Below are positions 55,264 to 64,000 of a DNA stretch of 64,000 nucleotides, piece after piece. The stretch is taken from the NCBI GenBank assembly GCA_963792965.1, contig CAWBYW010000007.1, forward strand, positions 288,001-352,000. Direction: 5' to 3'. How positions within the stretch are numbered: the first letter of the stretch is position 1; each line of letters begins with the position of its first letter. A model generated the notes under the pieces. The model searched no databases, had not been told where the DNA came from, and saw only the letters and a program-made list of their open reading frames with translations. Source of the DNA: an uncultured delta proteobacterium. Its GTDB lineage: Bacteria; Desulfobacterota; Zymogenia; Zymogenales; Zymogenaceae. A program made the translations under genes and the position numbers.

Positions 55264-56958
55264 ATGAGAGCAAAGCTCCTTTTTGCATCGACCGTAACCA
55301 TCGGCATTCTCATCGCGTTCGTATTCTTCGTGGTGCTGCTGGCCTCGTTCGTCTCCGGAATCATCAGCGGCGCCGCCATGATCATCCTCACGATCGCGTT
55401 CTGCCTGCTCTCCTGGCTCGTGAGCCCCTGGTTCACCGACCTCATTCACAAATGGGTCTATAAATTCCGGGTGATGGAATTTGACGAGCTCGCCCGGCGG
55501 AGCCCGGCGACAGCCCGTTTTCTCACCGAGACCTGCGAGCGCCATAAGATAAAGGTGCCGATGCTCAGAATCCTGGACGACATGAACCCGACGGCCTACT
55601 GCTACGGCTCGCTGCCGTCAAATTCGCGGATCGTCGTCTCCGAGGGGATATTTCATTACCTGACTGACGAGGAGGTGTCGGCCGTCTATGGTCACGAGCT
55701 TGGGCACATCAAGAACCTCGATTTCATCGTGATGACGGTAGCCAATACCCTTCTCATGATTCTTTACGAGATCTATGTGATCTTCACGCGCATCCGTTCC
55801 CGAGGGAAGAATAACCCCCTGCCGCTCATCGGCCTGATCTCGCTCTTCTTCTGGTGGATCGGCTCCTATCTTGTCCTTTACCTTTCCCGAACGCGAGAGT
55901 ATATGGCCGACCATTTCTCCGGCGTCGAGACGAAAAACCCCAACGCGCTGGCAACGGCCCTCGTCAAGATCGGTTACGGGATCGCCGCCGAGCCCGACAC
56001 CCCCCTCTCTTCGCGTCTCATGGGAAGCACCCGCGCCCTCAATATCGTCGACTATAAGGGCACAGACAGCTCGAGCGCCGCCGTCAGGCTCTCCGTAGAC
56101 GAGACCAAGCCCGCGACCGGAAAAGTTCCGGCATTCGACGCGGGGCGGGTATCGAAGATCTTCCTCTTTGATATCTTCAACCCCTGGGCGGCCGTCGTTC
56201 AGCTTGGATCCACCCACCCGCTCACGGGCAAAAGGATCAAGGCGCTCATGGAGTTGGCCGGGAGCATGAATGTCGGTCAGGTATTCAACTTCGAGCAGAT
56301 CGCCATCGACGGGCAGGCCCTTGACAGGACGAGGCTCTACGGCAAATTCTTCTTCGAGGTGCTCATCTACTTCGCCCCCGTCATAGGCATCATCGCCGGA
56401 CTCCTGCTTGCCCTCGCCGATCGCGCCCTCATCGGGACGGTCGTCCTCACCTTCGGGCTCGGATTACTCCTGAGAGGGATCTACCGATACCCGCCCATGA
56501 ACAAACCCGAGGAGACGACCGTCCTTGAGCTGATGAGCGACCCGTACGCGAGCCCTCTCAGGGGCAAGCCCGTGATCGTGGGCGGGCAGGTCATCGGAAG
56601 GGCCGCCGCCGGCAGCCTCTTCGGCGAGGATATGGTGATCCGCGATCCTTCCGGAGGCCTCATAACCCTTAACTACGAGTCGCCCATCCCGATCCTCGGA
56701 AATCTCTTTTTCGGCTACAGACGAACGCGCGAGATGATCAACCGCCCCGTCCAGGCAACGGGATGGTTCCGAAGAAAGGTTTCCCAGCTGATCGACCTGA
56801 AGACGATCAAGACCTCCGAGCGATCGTTCAGGAGCTATACCCGCTTCTGGGCCCTCGTGCTTGCCGTTATTATCACCGTGGCGGGGATTTTTACCACGAT
56901 GCTGTCTCTTTCCGCTCTCGCGGGCCCCGCGGGACCCGGAGGCCAGGGAGCCCTCTAA
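55264..56958 (+). CDS. M48/HtpX family zinc metalloprotease with a C-terminal membrane extension
   Basis: HELGH, LSR.REY.AD, STHP..GKRI; extra TM and beta-rich C-terminus. Confidence 0.9.
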   Translation: MRAKLLFASTVTIGILIAFVFFVVLLASFVSGIISGAAMIILTIAFCLLSWLVSPWFTDLIHKWVYKFRVMEFDELARRSPATARFLTETCERHKIKVPMLRILDDMNPTAYCYGSLPSNSRIVVSEGIFHYLTDEEVSAVYGHELGHIKNLDFIVMTVANTLLMILYEIYVIFTRIRSRGKNNPLPLIGLISLFFWWIGSYLVLYLSRTREYMADHFSGVETKNPNALATALVKIGYGIAAEPDTPLSSRLMGSTRALNIVDYKGTDSSSAAVRLSVDETKPATGKVPAFDAGRVSKIFLFDIFNPWAAVVQLGSTHPLTGKRIKALMELAGSMNVGQVFNFEQIAIDGQALDRTRLYGKFFFEVLIYFAPVIGIIAGLLLALADRALIGTVVLTFGLGLLLRGIYRYPPMNKPEETTVLELMSDPYASPLRGKPVIVGGQVIGRAAAGSLFGEDMVIRDPSGGLITLNYESPIPILGNLFFGYRRTREMINRPVQATGWFRRKVSQLIDLKTIKTSERSFRSYTRFWALVLAVIITVAGIFTTMLSLSALAGPAGPGGQGAL

Positions 56959-56964
56959 GACGTT

Positions 56965-57606
56965 ATGAATCTCCCGAAGGTCATCGGCCCGCCGGCATTG
57001 TCGCTCTTCTTTCTGGTCGTACTCGTCTACGGCATGGGGAATTTCATGTCCGTCCTCCCCGACCAGTATCGTCCGAAGGGTCTCAGCGATGACGCCGTGT
57101 CTCCCGAAAAGCTGATCACCGTCACCGGGAACGAAGGGGATCCCCCCGTCACCATTTCCCTTTTCTCATGGGGAGCCCGCTTTTCGCAGGGCCATGCCGA
57201 TATCGGCACACTCAGATACGAGCGGGTCTACTACGCGCTGAGAGACTCCAGGGGAGCCCTGATCTGGAAACTGGTATCTCATGATACCTACGTCGCCGTC
57301 ACGGATCCCCAAGATAAGGAGGTCCTTAAGATCGTACGCAAAAAGGATAGCATTGAGTTTCTCGATCGTGACGGAAAACTCATCTCCTACATGATCCTGG
57401 GGGATACCTCCGCATCACTCTACACCCCCGCCGGCGTACTCCTGGCCCGCTCTGAGCTCACCCGATCAGGAACCGCATTGTTTGATCGTGCGGGAAATAA
57501 GATACTCTCGACCGACCTCCCACTGTCCCCGGCGGGGCTTTCGAGCGCGGCGCTCTCCCCCTACGATCCCGTCGAGCGGGCGGCACTCATGATCATGGTA
57601 AAATGA
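56965..57606 (+). CDS. Hypothetical membrane-anchored beta-rich protein
   Basis: N-terminal TM; starts 6 nt after the M48 gene stop. Confidence 0.65.
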   Translation: MNLPKVIGPPALSLFFLVVLVYGMGNFMSVLPDQYRPKGLSDDAVSPEKLITVTGNEGDPPVTISLFSWGARFSQGHADIGTLRYERVYYALRDSRGALIWKLVSHDTYVAVTDPQDKEVLKIVRKKDSIEFLDRDGKLISYMILGDTSASLYTPAGVLLARSELTRSGTALFDRAGNKILSTDLPLSPAGLSSAALSPYDPVERAALMIMVK

Positions 57607-57797
57607 GAAGTCCGGTGTCACCACGCGATAGGGAGGACGAATGAAACGTCGTCCGTGTTTTTTACACGGCGCCGCGCCCGCAAAAAACCACACCGACGGC
57701 TCTTCTTTCCTCTCGTCTTCAACGCACCACTATTCGATTCGTTTCCGGTAAACATAAGAGGCGCGGCGGAGTTTTCCGCGATGGCAGCATCACACGG

Positions 57798-58286
57798 TTA
57801 CGTTTCTTTCTTCGTATACGGGTCCCGATTCTGGATCGCCATCAACCTGTCGGCAAGCGGGGTGCCGGCCAATCTCCTGAACCCATACCGCTCGTAGAGC
57901 CCGTGAGCGTCCCTGGTTCCGAGGGAAATCAGGCGAACGCCCTGGAGTTCGGGATGACCCACCACGGTCTCGATCAGCCACTTCCCGAGTCCCTTTCCTC
58001 GATACGGCTCAATGATGAAGACGTCTCCGAGATAGGCGAAGGTCGCAAAATCCGTAACGACCCTCGCAAAACCGATCTGGTCCTCCCGGTCATACATTCC
58101 GAAGCAGAGAGAGTTCTCGATCGACTTTTTCACGACGCGGAGGGGAATATCTCTTGCCCAGTACGACCGGTTAGCAAGAAAGTCGTGGATGACCTTCAGG
58201 ACAAGCTTCCGTCGATCCGTGCTTATCTCGAAATCATCTTTGCGAACGGTTATTGGTCCCATACCCTGCCGGATGACGGCCTGCAT
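57798..58286 (-). CDS. GNAT family N-acetyltransferase
   Basis: SYWA, QIGFARVVTD, YRGKGLGK, DAHGLY...GF (start may be 58262). Confidence 0.9.
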   Translation of the reverse strand: MQAVIRQGMGPITVRKDDFEISTDRRKLVLKVIHDFLANRSYWARDIPLRVVKKSIENSLCFGMYDREDQIGFARVVTDFATFAYLGDVFIIEPYRGKGLGKWLIETVVGHPELQGVRLISLGTRDAHGLYERYGFRRLAGTPLADRLMAIQNRDPYTKKET

Positions 58287-58340
58287 TTCCGGGAACGCTC
58301 GCTCGGATCCGCGTACCGTCCCTTGACCTGTTCGGATCGG

Positions 58341-59999
58341 CTATTTGATGATCGCCCCGGTCGAGGCGGAGGTCACCGCCCGGGCATAGCGCGCAAGGTA
58401 GCCCGTCGTGATATTCGGCTTGCGGGCAACGAGCCCTTCCCTCCTCTTCTTCAGCTCCTCGTCGGAGACCTTGAGGTGAATCGATCGGCCGTGGATATCG
58501 ATCTCAATGACGTCGCCGTCCTTCACCAGCGCGATCGTCCCACCCTCGGCGGCCTCGGGCGAGACGTGTCCGATCGCAGCCCCTCGTGTGCCGCCGGAGA
58601 ACCTCCCGTCGGTAATGAGCGCCACGTCTTGGTCCAGCCCCATCCCCGCGATAACGGACGTGGGAGTGAGCATCTCCCGCATTCCCGGCCCGCCCTTCGG
58701 CCCCTCATAACGGACCACGATGACGTCCCCCTTCTTGATGCGGCCTCCCATGATCGCCTTCACGCTCTCTTCCTCCGAGTCAAAGACACGGGCCGGCCCG
58801 GAGTTTTTCATCATCCGTTCGGCGACGGCCGACTGCTTTACCACCGCACCGTCCGGCGCAAGGTTTCCCCTGAGGATGGCGATCCCTCCTTCCTTGTGAT
58901 ACGGGCGCGTGATCGTCTTGATCACACTATCGTCGAAGACCTCGACCCCTACGAGATTATGTGAAAGCGGGGCCGTCGTAACCGTCATGACCGACGTATC
59001 GATCATGCCCGCCCCGGCAAGGATCGCCATGACCGCCTGAACCCCGCCGGCCCGGTATAGATCCTGGAGATGGTGGGGTCCGCCGGGCGACAGGCTCACG
59101 AGGTGCGGGGTCTTCTTGCTGATTTCATCGAAGAGATTAAGGTCAAGCTCGATTCCAGCCTCGTGGGCGACGGCCGGCAGATGAAGAACAGTATTGGTCG
59201 AGCAGCCGAGGGCCATGTCCACGGCAATCGCGTTGCCTATGGCGGCACGAGTCACGATATCCCGAGGCAGGATCTCCTTTTCAATGAGCTTCATGACGGT
59301 CCTTCCGGCTTCCTTGGCCAGTCTGATGCGCGCCGCGTCGACGGCCGGGATCGTCCCGTTTCCGGGCATGCCCATACCGAGCGCCTCGGTCAGGCAATTC
59401 ATCGAGTTTGCGGTAAACATCCCTGCGCATGATCCGCATCCCGGGCACGCTGCGTCTTCGAGCTTCACCAGCTCGTCTTCGTTCATCTCACCCGCGACGA
59501 GCTTCCCCACCCCCTCAAAGACCGTGATGAGGTCCACCTCCCTGCCGCAGTATATGCCCGCCATCATCGGACCGCCGCTCATGATGATCGTCGGCACGTT
59601 GAGGCGGAGTGCGGCCATCAGCATGGCAGGGACGGTCTTGTCGCAGTTGGGAATCATGACCAGTCCATCAAACGGGTGGGCCATTGCCATAACCTCGATC
59701 GAGTCGGCGATGATCTCGCGGCTCGCCAGAGAATATTTCATCCCCTCGTGGTTCATGGCGATTCCGTCGCAGATACCGATCGACGGAAATTCTATCGGAG
59801 TCCCACCCATGATCCTCACCCCCGCTTTTACCGCCTCCGCGATCGTATTGAGGTGTATATGGCCGGGCACGATTTCGTTTTGCGAATTTACAACGCCCAC
59901 CATGGGGCGGACGATCTCGCTGTCGGTATATCCCATGGCCTTGAAGAGGGCACGGTGCGGCGCCTTCTCAAGGCCTCGCTTCATCCTGTCACTTCTCAT
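58341..59999 (-). CDS. ilvD: Dihydroxy-acid dehydratase
   Basis: CDGIAM.H.GM.YSL.SRE, CDK, MFTANSM, GPGMREM, TDGRFSG. Confidence 0.97.
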   Translation of the reverse strand: MRSDRMKRGLEKAPHRALFKAMGYTDSEIVRPMVGVVNSQNEIVPGHIHLNTIAEAVKAGVRIMGGTPIEFPSIGICDGIAMNHEGMKYSLASREIIADSIEVMAMAHPFDGLVMIPNCDKTVPAMLMAALRLNVPTIIMSGGPMMAGIYCGREVDLITVFEGVGKLVAGEMNEDELVKLEDAACPGCGSCAGMFTANSMNCLTEALGMGMPGNGTIPAVDAARIRLAKEAGRTVMKLIEKEILPRDIVTRAAIGNAIAVDMALGCSTNTVLHLPAVAHEAGIELDLNLFDEISKKTPHLVSLSPGGPHHLQDLYRAGGVQAVMAILAGAGMIDTSVMTVTTAPLSHNLVGVEVFDDSVIKTITRPYHKEGGIAILRGNLAPDGAVVKQSAVAERMMKNSGPARVFDSEEESVKAIMGGRIKKGDVIVVRYEGPKGGPGMREMLTPTSVIAGMGLDQDVALITDGRFSGGTRGAAIGHVSPEAAEGGTIALVKDGDVIEIDIHGRSIHLKVSDEELKKRREGLVARKPNITTGYLARYARAVTSASTGAIIK

Positions 60000-60407
60000 A
60001 AAACACCTCCAAAGGTGGGTGGATTATATCAGTCAATCTTTCGGTTTGTAAAGAAGTATTATGGGAGGCGCGCGGCCGCTACCCCGTCTATCTCCGGACG
60101 GAATCCACGTTCCGGTACTGCGCCGGGTCTCACGTGAGCCTCGTCGTCCGTTCACGCGGGGCGTTGCTCGGCGACTTTTTACACGGGACGGTCTTTTTGG
60201 GCGAGTGCGTCGTCTCACACAACGGAAGACACTTCCGATAGCCGACTATCCTCCGCGAATCTTTCCGGACCTCGTGGTCGGCAAATAGCGACGCCACGGT
60301 CTTGTCGATCCGGCCATTATCCTTGACTTTTCCATCGCTAAATGTTAGTGTTTCGATTTAACAGATTTAGCACGACGCCTGTGCATCTCTCTATTTTACG
60401 GCACGGT

Positions 60408-63069
60408 ATGGATAAGAACCGAAAAAAGAGCACGCTCAAGGAAAAGATACTCACCTTTATAATGATGCTGTTGGGAAACCATCTCAACTACTACTCCTCG
60501 TACCTCGGGGAGCCGAAGAATTCGCTCATCACCCTCATCTTCAATTATTTCGTGCCGAGGGTCTCCATACCCAAGGAAGACAAAAAGACCATCAGGGAGC
60601 TCGGGAAAAAAGGGACGATCGTCTACGCCCAGAAAAACAGGTCGTCACTTGACTTTCTTTTCTTTCAGCACCGTTATTATATCGAGGGGCTCCCCTATCC
60701 CATCTTCGGCAACTTCATCAATATGATCTGGTGGCAGCCGCTCACGTCCGTCCTTCGTATCATCCTTTCCAAGCTCTACTGCCTCATCGACGGAATCGAG
60801 TCCCCTAACCCTTACCGAACCGATTACGTCAGGCGAATGAGTCAGGACGGGCACTCGCTCGATCCTCTTTCTGAGAAACCCCACCGGCCTCTTGAAACGG
60901 TTTGCCATCAAAGAGACGGACGACCCGGTGGTTTACCTGCTGCGCGCCCAGAAGGTAATGAGGCGCACGATATACATCATTCCGCACAATATTATTTATC
61001 ATAAGCGCCCCACGACCACGAAAAGAAACATCGTCGATGTCCTGTTCGGCCCAATCGAAGAGCCCGGACTCATACGACGCGTTGTCGTCTTCCTTACCAA
61101 CTACCGGAGGGCCTTCGTCAAGATCGGAGACCCCGTCAACCTCAAGGAATTCCTCGCGTCAAAGAGAGATTTCGTGGACGGAGAGCTCTCCTATGAGCTC
61201 AGACGGACGCTCCTTGATAACATCGAGCGTGAGGAGCGCCTCATCAAGGGACCCGTCCTCAAGGGCAGGCTCGAACTGATGGAGATGGTCCTCTGGGACG
61301 ACGAGTTTCAGGAAAAGATACAGAACCTCTCTGAGGTCACCCGGGAGCCGATACGAACCCTGAGAAAGCGAACGATTACGCTCCTTGACGAGATCGCCTC
61401 GGACTACAACATCACGTATGTCCATTTATGGGACTACGTACTGACCTGGGTCTGGAATAACATCTATAACGGCGTGGACGTCGATGAAGAAGGACTCAAC
61501 AAGGTCCGGGAGGCGGGCAAGAAATCATCTCTGGTGATCGTGCCGTGTCATAAGAGCCACATGGACTACCTGATGCTCTCCTACGTCTTTTTCCACAATA
61601 ACCTCTACCCGCCCAATATCGCAGCGGGCATAAACCTTTCCTTCTTCCCGATGGGGTACATCTTCAGAAAATCCGGTGCATTTTTTTTGAGGAGGAGCTT
61701 CAGAGGCGATCCCCTCTACCCGATCGCCTTCTCCGCATACATCAAGACCCTGATGTCGGAAGGATTCAGTATCGAGTTTTTCATCGAGGGAGGTCGCTCA
61801 AGGACCGGGAAGCTCGTCATGCCTAAGCTCGGGCTTCTCTCGATCATTATCAACGCGTATCTCTCGGGGGCGGTAAAGGACATCTCGTTTGTCCCCATCT
61901 TCATCGGGTACGACAGGATCATGGAGGAATCGTCGTATGTCAGCGAGATGGTCGGTACCCAGAAGAAGAAGGAGAGCCTCTGGTCGATGCTCAGGAGCGG
62001 GAGCCTTCTCAAGAAGAGGTACGGCCGTGTATACATCACCTTTCATGACCCTATCTCCCTCAGGGAGCTCATAGAGTCCGAGGGATATAAGCCCGACACA
62101 ATCACCAAGACCCAGCTGCGCCAGAGCCAGTATGACCTCGCGTATCGGATCGTCTACTCGATCAATCAGGTGAGCGTGGTCTCGACGATCAGCCTCGTAT
62201 CCGCCGCCTTCATGGCAAGCCCCCAGGGCGCGCTGACCCAAGATGAGCTGATGGTCACCTCTCGCCTCTTCATGGATTACCTCTCGTCTTTCGGGACCCA
62301 TTTTTCCGACGCTCTGAAGAACCCGGCGACGGCCGTCATCGAGGCCCTTTCCTCCCTCAGGGAGGAGCACCTCATAGAAGAAATCAAGAGTGAGCCCGAT
62401 GAGCCGGATTTTGAGAAGGTCTTTTACGTCCCCGAGGAGAGGCGGCTGACAATCGAATTCTATAAGAATAACATACTGCACTTTTTCATCCCGGCGGCCT
62501 TCGTGGCCACCTCGATCCTCTCCAAACAAACCGACGGGGTGTCGAAGGAACAGATCGTGGCCGATTACACCTATTTTCGTAAGCTCTTCAAGTACGAGTT
62601 TGTCTACGATCTCGACTTCTCGGACGCCGACCGGGTGCGCCAGGTGATCGACCACTTCAAGAAGCAGAAGATCGTCACGGAACACGGCCGGAACATCACC
62701 GTCAACCAGGACAAGGAGCAGATGCTGACGCGCTTCGCGGAACTGATCCGAAACTTCATAGAATCATATCTCGTCACCACCGAGAGCCTGCCGAACTACA
62801 TCACGAGGGGACCCAAGAGCGAGCGAGACCTGATAAAGCGCATTAACGTGACCGGGCAGAAGATGTATAAGAAGAAAGAGATCACCCGCATCGAAGCGCT
62901 TTCCCGGATTAATTTCAAGAACGCCCTTGAGCTCCTCACGCACGAAAATATCCTTTCGGAATTTACCGAAAACGAGGGGAAGCGGCCGACAAAATATTAC
63001 ACCACGGGACCCGTGCCGAACGATTTCCCCGACAAGATAAAACGATACCTTACCCGAACAGGGGGTTAA
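60408..63069 (+). CDS. plsB: Glycerol-3-phosphate O-acyltransferase with N-terminal extension; frameshift near 60858
   Basis: HKSHMDY (HxxxxD), [27 protein letters not shown]. ORFs 60342..61004 and 60892..63069 join on removing one base. Confidence 0.88.
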
Positions 63070-63071
63070 CG

Positions 63072-63851
63072 ATGAAACGGCATCTTTTCACCCTTTTGTC
63101 TTTTTCCTTTGCCCTTCTTCTTTTCAGTTGTACGACCACCACGATAACCGGCCCAAACGCTCCCACGACGTCGTCGCCGCCCGCCAGCACCGCAAAGGTC
63201 GTCGACACCTTTGAGGGGGTCGCCTCCTGGTACGGCCCCGAATTCCACGGCAAGAAGACGGCCAGCGGCGAGATCTTCGACATGACCGATCTGACCGCAG
63301 CCCATAAGACCCTCCCCATGGGGTCGGTCTGCATGGTCACAAACCTGGATAACAACAAGTCGGTGACCGTCAGGATCAACGACCGCGGACCTTTCGCCAA
63401 GGAGCGCGTCATCGACCTCTCCTACGCCGCGGCCGACGTCATCGGTATGATCAGCACAGGCACGGCTCCCGTCAGGGTGGAGGTGCTGAGCGAACAAGGC
63501 CCTCCCGCTCCGGCCACCACCCCGGCCCCGTCGACCGATACGGCACTGCTTCCCGAAACGCCCCCGGCGCCTGACGCCGCAGTTCCCCCCGCCGCGGTGA
63601 CCCCGCCGCCCGGAGAATCACAGGTCTCTTTTACCGTGCAGGTCGGCTCCTTCTCCAGCAAAGCAAACGCGGAAATCCTCTACAACACGCTGGCGGGAAA
63701 ATATGAGAATGTCTCCATCGAGGAATTCTCGACGACGAGTAGCACCTATTGGCGCGTGCGGGTCGGCAAATTCTCCACCCGCGAGGAAGCCCAAAAAGAG
63801 GCCGAGAAGCTCAGCAACGCCGGCTACACCGTCTTTATCAGCGAGCGTTAG
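63072..63851 (+). CDS. rlpA: Septal ring lytic transglycosylase RlpA with SPOR domain
   Basis: Lipobox FSC, GVASWYG..FHG..TASGE, AAHKTLP, INDRGPF, SPOR VQVGSF. Confidence 0.94.
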   Translation: MKRHLFTLLSFSFALLLFSCTTTTITGPNAPTTSSPPASTAKVVDTFEGVASWYGPEFHGKKTASGEIFDMTDLTAAHKTLPMGSVCMVTNLDNNKSVTVRINDRGPFAKERVIDLSYAAADVIGMISTGTAPVRVEVLSEQGPPAPATTPAPSTDTALLPETPPAPDAAVPPAAVTPPPGESQVSFTVQVGSFSSKANAEILYNTLAGKYENVSIEEFSTTSSTYWRVRVGKFSTREEAQKEAEKLSNAGYTVFISER

Positions 63852-63930
63852 GCACCCATCACCTTCCCGCGACTGTTCATCACGGACAACCTGTGGTATA
63901 CTAAAAGTGTAACCAGGACGGTAAACGACT

Positions 63931-64000
63931 ATGTCCACGGACATTAAGGAAGCCCTGAGATCACTGACCTACGGGCTCTATATCATTACGACGCTCGCCG
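63931..64000 (+). CDS. 5' end of a probable flavin reductase family protein (truncated by the window)
   Basis: MSTDIKEALRSLTYGLYIITT matches the AL..L.YGLY..T N-terminus of that family. Confidence 0.55.
   Translation, partial: MSTDIKEALRSLTYGLYIITTLA

Noticed and set aside
60000-60340. Possible attenuator or T-box upstream of ilvD
   Set aside because: I found no T-box consensus and no Ile/Val/Leu-rich leader peptide.

Overview
A 64 kb stretch of core chromosome from a GC-rich anaerobic bacterium. Gene content and order suggest a 'deltaproteobacterium' (Desulfobacterota-like); this is inference. It holds about 70 protein genes: an ECF sigma/anti-sigma pair, usp-pit-DUF47, a corrinoid protein/methyl-THF methyltransferase pair, purMN, ffh-rpsP-khpA-rimM-trmD-rplS-rnhB-yraN, a four-subunit 2-oxoacid:ferredoxin oxidoreductase, an acyl-CoA catabolic cluster, cpoB-LysM-dprA-topA-trmFO, ilvD, plsB and rlpA. 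It also holds tRNA-Ala(CGC) and tRNA-Glu(CTC). I saw no transposase, integrase, prophage or CRISPR array. Ten single-base frameshifts in 8 genes, including topA, look like assembly errors. Main findings: (1) a 71-aa glutaredoxin-like selenoprotein missed by the ORF track, with two in-frame UGA codons, each followed by a SECIS-like hairpin; (2) a 1021-aa hypothetical protein with class III nucleotide-cyclase motifs, split by a long coiled-coil insert and with an atypical specificity residue, at the end of a run containing a phosphoesterase and a HIT hydrolase; (3) a likely ECF regulon read from shared GGAACAT...GTC promoters; (4) a TPR+AMIN protein that looks like an amidase paralogue without the catalytic domain. 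Family assignments come from motif recognition, not database searches.
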